From Strigamia acuminata (lineage: Eukaryota), in the NCBI GenBank assembly GCA_949358305.1, contig OX442314.1, forward strand, positions 24,118,001 through 24,182,000: a DNA stretch of 64,000 nucleotides. The letters run 5' to 3'. The notes beneath the pieces are model-generated. The model worked only from the letters and a program-made list of their open reading frames with translations, searched no databases and was not told the origin of the DNA. The position numbers were made by a program, and so were the translations under genes. Below, in pieces: positions 60,201 to 64,000 of this stretch (the stretch's first letter is position 1; each line of letters starts with the position of its first letter).

Positions 60201-62981
60201 TCTTGCACGTGCAGTGCAGTGAAGCTAATTCGGGGCTTATCTCTGAGGCGGTTTATCTGTGACACACTTTTACATGCCACGAAATTGAAAGAAGGATCGA
60301 AATGTTTAGCTAGTGAGTAACTTAATGGAAAAAATTAAAAAAAGCTGTTGAATAACAACAAAAAATTAAAAAAAACACTAGAAAATCCATGAAAAATTGT
60401 ATGCCTATAAATTCTTGGTATCTTGATGCTAAATTCAAACTGCGCATCGCATTCTGCGCATGCAATTAACATGGCGATTGTCAATTTTGTTGCACACGAA
60501 GGAAAGAAAGCAACAAAATGTCATACCACGCCGTAAATTACTTTTTTTAAAATGAATTTATTGTTTATTTTAGCATTGTTAGGCCTAACATTAAGCCTAA
60601 TACTGTTAAATAACGACATCCGAGCAAAATGGGATGCGCAGTATGAATTTGGCATCAAAACACCGAGCGCAAACTGTGGTTTTCTTTATAATACCTTGGA
60701 GAGGCAGTTAAACTGTCTTTGCGAGTGGCTTTAGAACCTTGGATATTCGTTCGTTGCGATGTCATTCCACTCGCAAATCCGTTGCTAGGCATCTGTAGTA
60801 AATGCGGAATGCTAGTAACCGACGACTGTGATGAAAAAGAAGATTCGATTAAAATTTGTGGAGTGAGAGAATCTTGGCGCGAAGATATTAACCGTGGATC
60901 TGTCGATCGAATCGATGGAAGAATAACTGGCTGTCAAAGCCGATAAAGGGTTCAGTTTGAATCCCAAATCTCGAGCTGGTGGCTCCAAAGTAGCATTTGG
61001 CGAACCCTGAGGCGTGGCGGCTGTGTGCGTAATGATTGGTGGTCCAGCATCACCACTTTTTATCTCCTCCTTTTCCAGGCGACTGACAGCAAGTGAAGGC
61101 GGCAGGTGCAAGAGTTTGGTTTCTGCAAAGTAACGAGTCAGATTCCTAGTAAATAACTTCCAGTTACATATTTTAATAATACACAACTTTTTAATAAGTA
61201 AATGCACCGGTCCAAGTTTAGTATGCACAGCATGTTTCAAGCAATTCTCTTGCTCGTCTGCAGTAGAAGGAGCACATGTTTGAAATATTAATGATTATTC
61301 TCAAGGCATTTCACTAATTGTTTGCAATTTTTTTTTTTTTTTTTTTTAATTCTTTAATAATTTCCATCTTGCAATTCCATGTGCGGACTGATGTTGTGCT
61401 TGTTAAGCAACAAGTCCTATTAAAAAGAACTTTAAGATGTCAAAAGGTGCCCTTTTCAGGCATCGTTTAGATGCAAATCAGCATCACTTACATGTAGGTT
61501 ACACCCCATAAAATGCTATTTGGATCTACAAGATGCTGTTTGATATCAACAAAGTAATAAATTTACTCCTGACTAGCACAAATAGGAAAGGAGGTCAATT
61601 TTCCTACGCAGTAAAAGTGAGTAAACACACACAGAATTTTCGTTGTTGCTAGAACGAAGACTTGTCGATGATGAAAAGCAAAGAGTTTTATTTCCTGCGT
61701 GAATATATATTGAAAAACATGTGGGCAAAGTACAAAAGCAAAGTACATGTATTTGATATTCAATACTTGTACTTTAAACGATAACTCCATGTTACGGCGA
61801 TATTGAAGGCGACGTGAATGGATATTATAAATGGGGATAAATTAAAACCCCCATAATTTCCCTGAATTTCCCACTAATAAAATCTTTATGTTCCCACTAA
61901 CTATATTTTCCACTAAATAATTTTTTTTTCTCTCAATAATTTAACTTAACCCAAATTAATTAGTTTTTCCAATAAAAAAATTTATGTCAACCGTACCGAT
62001 TGTACCACTAAAAAAACTGGTTGCATACACCTTTCTCACTATTGTGCTTTCGACAATCTAAAATAAAATGAAGTTTAATTTCCAAATAACTGTATAGTCA
62101 GTGGCATAGCAATCTGGGTCCAGCACATGCAGTTAACACGAGCCTACGAGCCTAAGGGGCCCATGAAGGATGAAAATGGCAACTACATATCTCACCAAGT
62201 ACCAAAAACCCTAGCTATTGCACTGCTAAAGGGCTCATCAACCCAACTTACAAACGGGCCCATTGACTTCTTGCTATGCCACTGCGTATAGTTAAATAAA
62301 AGATTCTGGCTACACCGTGCCACGTTATTCCCTTTTGATTTCTCAAGTTTATGAAGGTCTGCTCATAATTCTGGCCACGAAGAATGGTGGAATTTAATCA
62401 TGATTAAAAGGTACTATTTTCTATTCGGAATACGAATCCAGAATAATAAATTAGTGGTTTTTTTCCCACAAAAATGAACCAACCATCTTCAATTCTTAAA
62501 TTAATCTCACCAAAATTGAGTGGGGCTGGTGGCAATTTATTGAGCATAGCCAGAGCCTCTGAACTTTCTTAAAAACGTTGTTTATATATGGTCCCTTGAT
62601 GTTTGCAGAATTTAAAGAACAAAATACTATAACTGAAAAGATAAATAGAATGAATTGCCAATTTAAACAAAAGCCACCTGGATTTATATTCTTTTCAATT
62701 TTGGTCCGAAAAATTGAAATGTTGATCAATATGAACAGAATTTACAACATAACGTCTCATTTACATGCAGAAATGAATATAAAGTGTTATTATGTGGTTT
62801 AAATTACTTTTGGAAGCAAAGATAAATGATTACCTTTGGTAATGTTGCATTTGGGGTCATAATCCTCTTGTAGTTGCTTAAGTTTAGCGTCTGCTCTATC
62901 TTTTTCTTCCCTCTCCTGTAGCTGCTTATTTTTTTCTTCATTATCCGAGAGTGATCCACCATCACTTCTTTTCTTTTCGTC
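48230..62981 (-). CDS. Ca-alpha1T: T-type voltage-gated calcium channel alpha-1 (Cav3), 3' part: II-III linker, domains III and IV, C-terminus
   Basis: Exons read as 62981-62834, 61122-60893, 60825-60695, 59319-59110, 59051-58685, 58581-58502, 55924-55732, 55670-55486, 53789-53663, 53554-53426, 53363-53274, 53213-53021, 52940-52789, 52307-52198, 51902-51772, 50528-50379, 50310-49925, 49836-49710 and 48999-48230. Pore loops FVLSSKDGW and FRVATGDNW supply the D,D of the EEDD filter; [10 protein letters not shown] linker motif. 5' exons lie beyond the window. Confidence 0.95.
49098..49517. mobile_element. hAT (Charlie-like) MITE in a Cav3 intron
   Basis: CAGGGGTTCTCAAACT...AGTTTGAGAAACGCTG with a perfect 8-bp TSD CATTAGAC; a related end lies at ~51675-51692. 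Confidence 0.88.
51482..51508 (-). repeat. Interstitial (TTAGG)5
   Basis: (CCTAA)5CC on the + strand, within transposon-like intronic DNA that starts TA|CAGGGTGTC at 51022. Confidence 0.8.
54669..55031. mobile_element. Tc1/pogo-like MITE with a related MITE nested at 54740-54918
   Basis: Outer ends AAGTCGAGAC...GGTTCTACTG|TA; inner TA|CAGTCTAAACTC...GAGTTTCGACTG|TA. Confidence 0.75.
55139..55292. repeat. ~20-bp minisatellite
   Basis: About 7-8 copies of AAAAAACGCATTTTCCGATG. Confidence 0.9.
62099..62284. mobile_element. hAT-type MITE in a Cav3 intron
   Basis: 14-bp TIR CAGTGGCATAGCAA/TTGCTATGCCACTG; 8-bp TSD TGTATAGT/CGTATAGT. Confidence 0.85.
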
Positions 62982-63117
62982 CTAGAACAACAACATCTAT
63001 GAACATTCTATCCCACTCACAATACACAAAATAAAACAATCTATTCTTTAAATTACAATTAAAACAGTGATTAGCTGAGAGTACAAACCGGAAACAAACA
63101 TTAGATTATCACAATAC

Positions 63118-63119
<2 letters not shown>

Positions 63120-63181
<62 letters not shown>

Positions 63182-63182
63182 A
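63120..63182. repeat. (AAAT)n microsatellite
   Basis: About 15 perfect units. Confidence 0.95.
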
Positions 63183-64000
63183 ATGAAAATTAAACCATGT
63201 CATATATAAATTACAGACGTTACTACACCCAGCATGGCGCTACATTTAAGAAAGAAAACAAGTTATAATTAAAAATATTTATATATTACTAAGGAAATTG
63301 GCATACAAAAGCAAAAATTGATTATGAGAAAAAGTGACAAAAATTTAAAAAGTAATAAATATAAATAAATAAATAAAATGATTGAAATATTTGCACCTAC
63401 CCCATTGAGTGACCCTGACTCCGATTGCTCTTCCTCAAGAAGAAGAAGAGAAAAATTGCAAAGGGATAAAAAAAAAAAGTAAAAACAAGCCAATAAGCAT
63501 ATTGATATGTTGAATTGCAAGAAGAAGAAGCACATCACAACAATACATCACAAGAAAGAGTGAAAAGTTTGTGATCTTCAATAAGTTTGTAAAAAAAAAT
63601 ATGTCTATGTGTCATAAATATAGAGATGAGTGTGTCCCATGTGAAACAACAATGCGTGTTACAATATTCATGCAGAGATGAAAATTCAGAAAACGGATAC
63701 CATAAACTTGCATACATATTGATTTCTAGAAAGACCAGATTATTCTTACATGAGATCAAAGTCAGATTCAAATGCAATCGCCAGATTACTTTTGACCAAA
63801 TCAAACTAAGCATTTTGTTAGTTTTTTTAGTACGTCAATCATATTATAGACATCTATTAATAATTATTGGCCAAAAAGACAACAACTAAAAATTATTATT
63901 GCAGAAGAAAACAGTTGGCCTTGATTGATAGTCCAGAGGAGCGAGCGCCTTGTGTATTAGTTGATCACCTGACAGCCCTGACCACTCAACAACACACACC

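Overview
AT-rich eukaryotic genomic DNA from an invertebrate, probably an arthropod (spliceosomal introns, an invertebrate-type Cav3 gene, a TTAGG-type repeat). Host genes: (1) a two-exon gene for a ~2376-aa predicted secreted protein made of ~22 copies of an unrecognised ~90-aa module plus a His/Lys/Glu/Pro octapeptide array (1758-8990, minus); (2) a leucine-rich-repeat gene (28225-29845) with a decayed tandem paralog; (3) the 3' half of a T-type calcium channel gene (48230-62981+, minus). Two young, full-length, related Ty3/Gypsy LTR retrotransposons (9012-22482 and 31667-45863) each have gag, a -1 frameshifted pol and a third ORF that is not Env-like and starts right after a splice acceptor. 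Element A appears to sit at the transcription start of the giant repeat gene. Element B has 1752-bp LTRs packed with duplicated, covarying RNA structures and lies inside a hAT transposon, which in turn lies inside the LRR paralog. The rest is MITEs, DINE/Helentron-like repeats, decayed Gypsy fragments and the 5' end of another LTR element at the left edge. All coordinates and base pairings were read by eye; no searches or folding programs were run.
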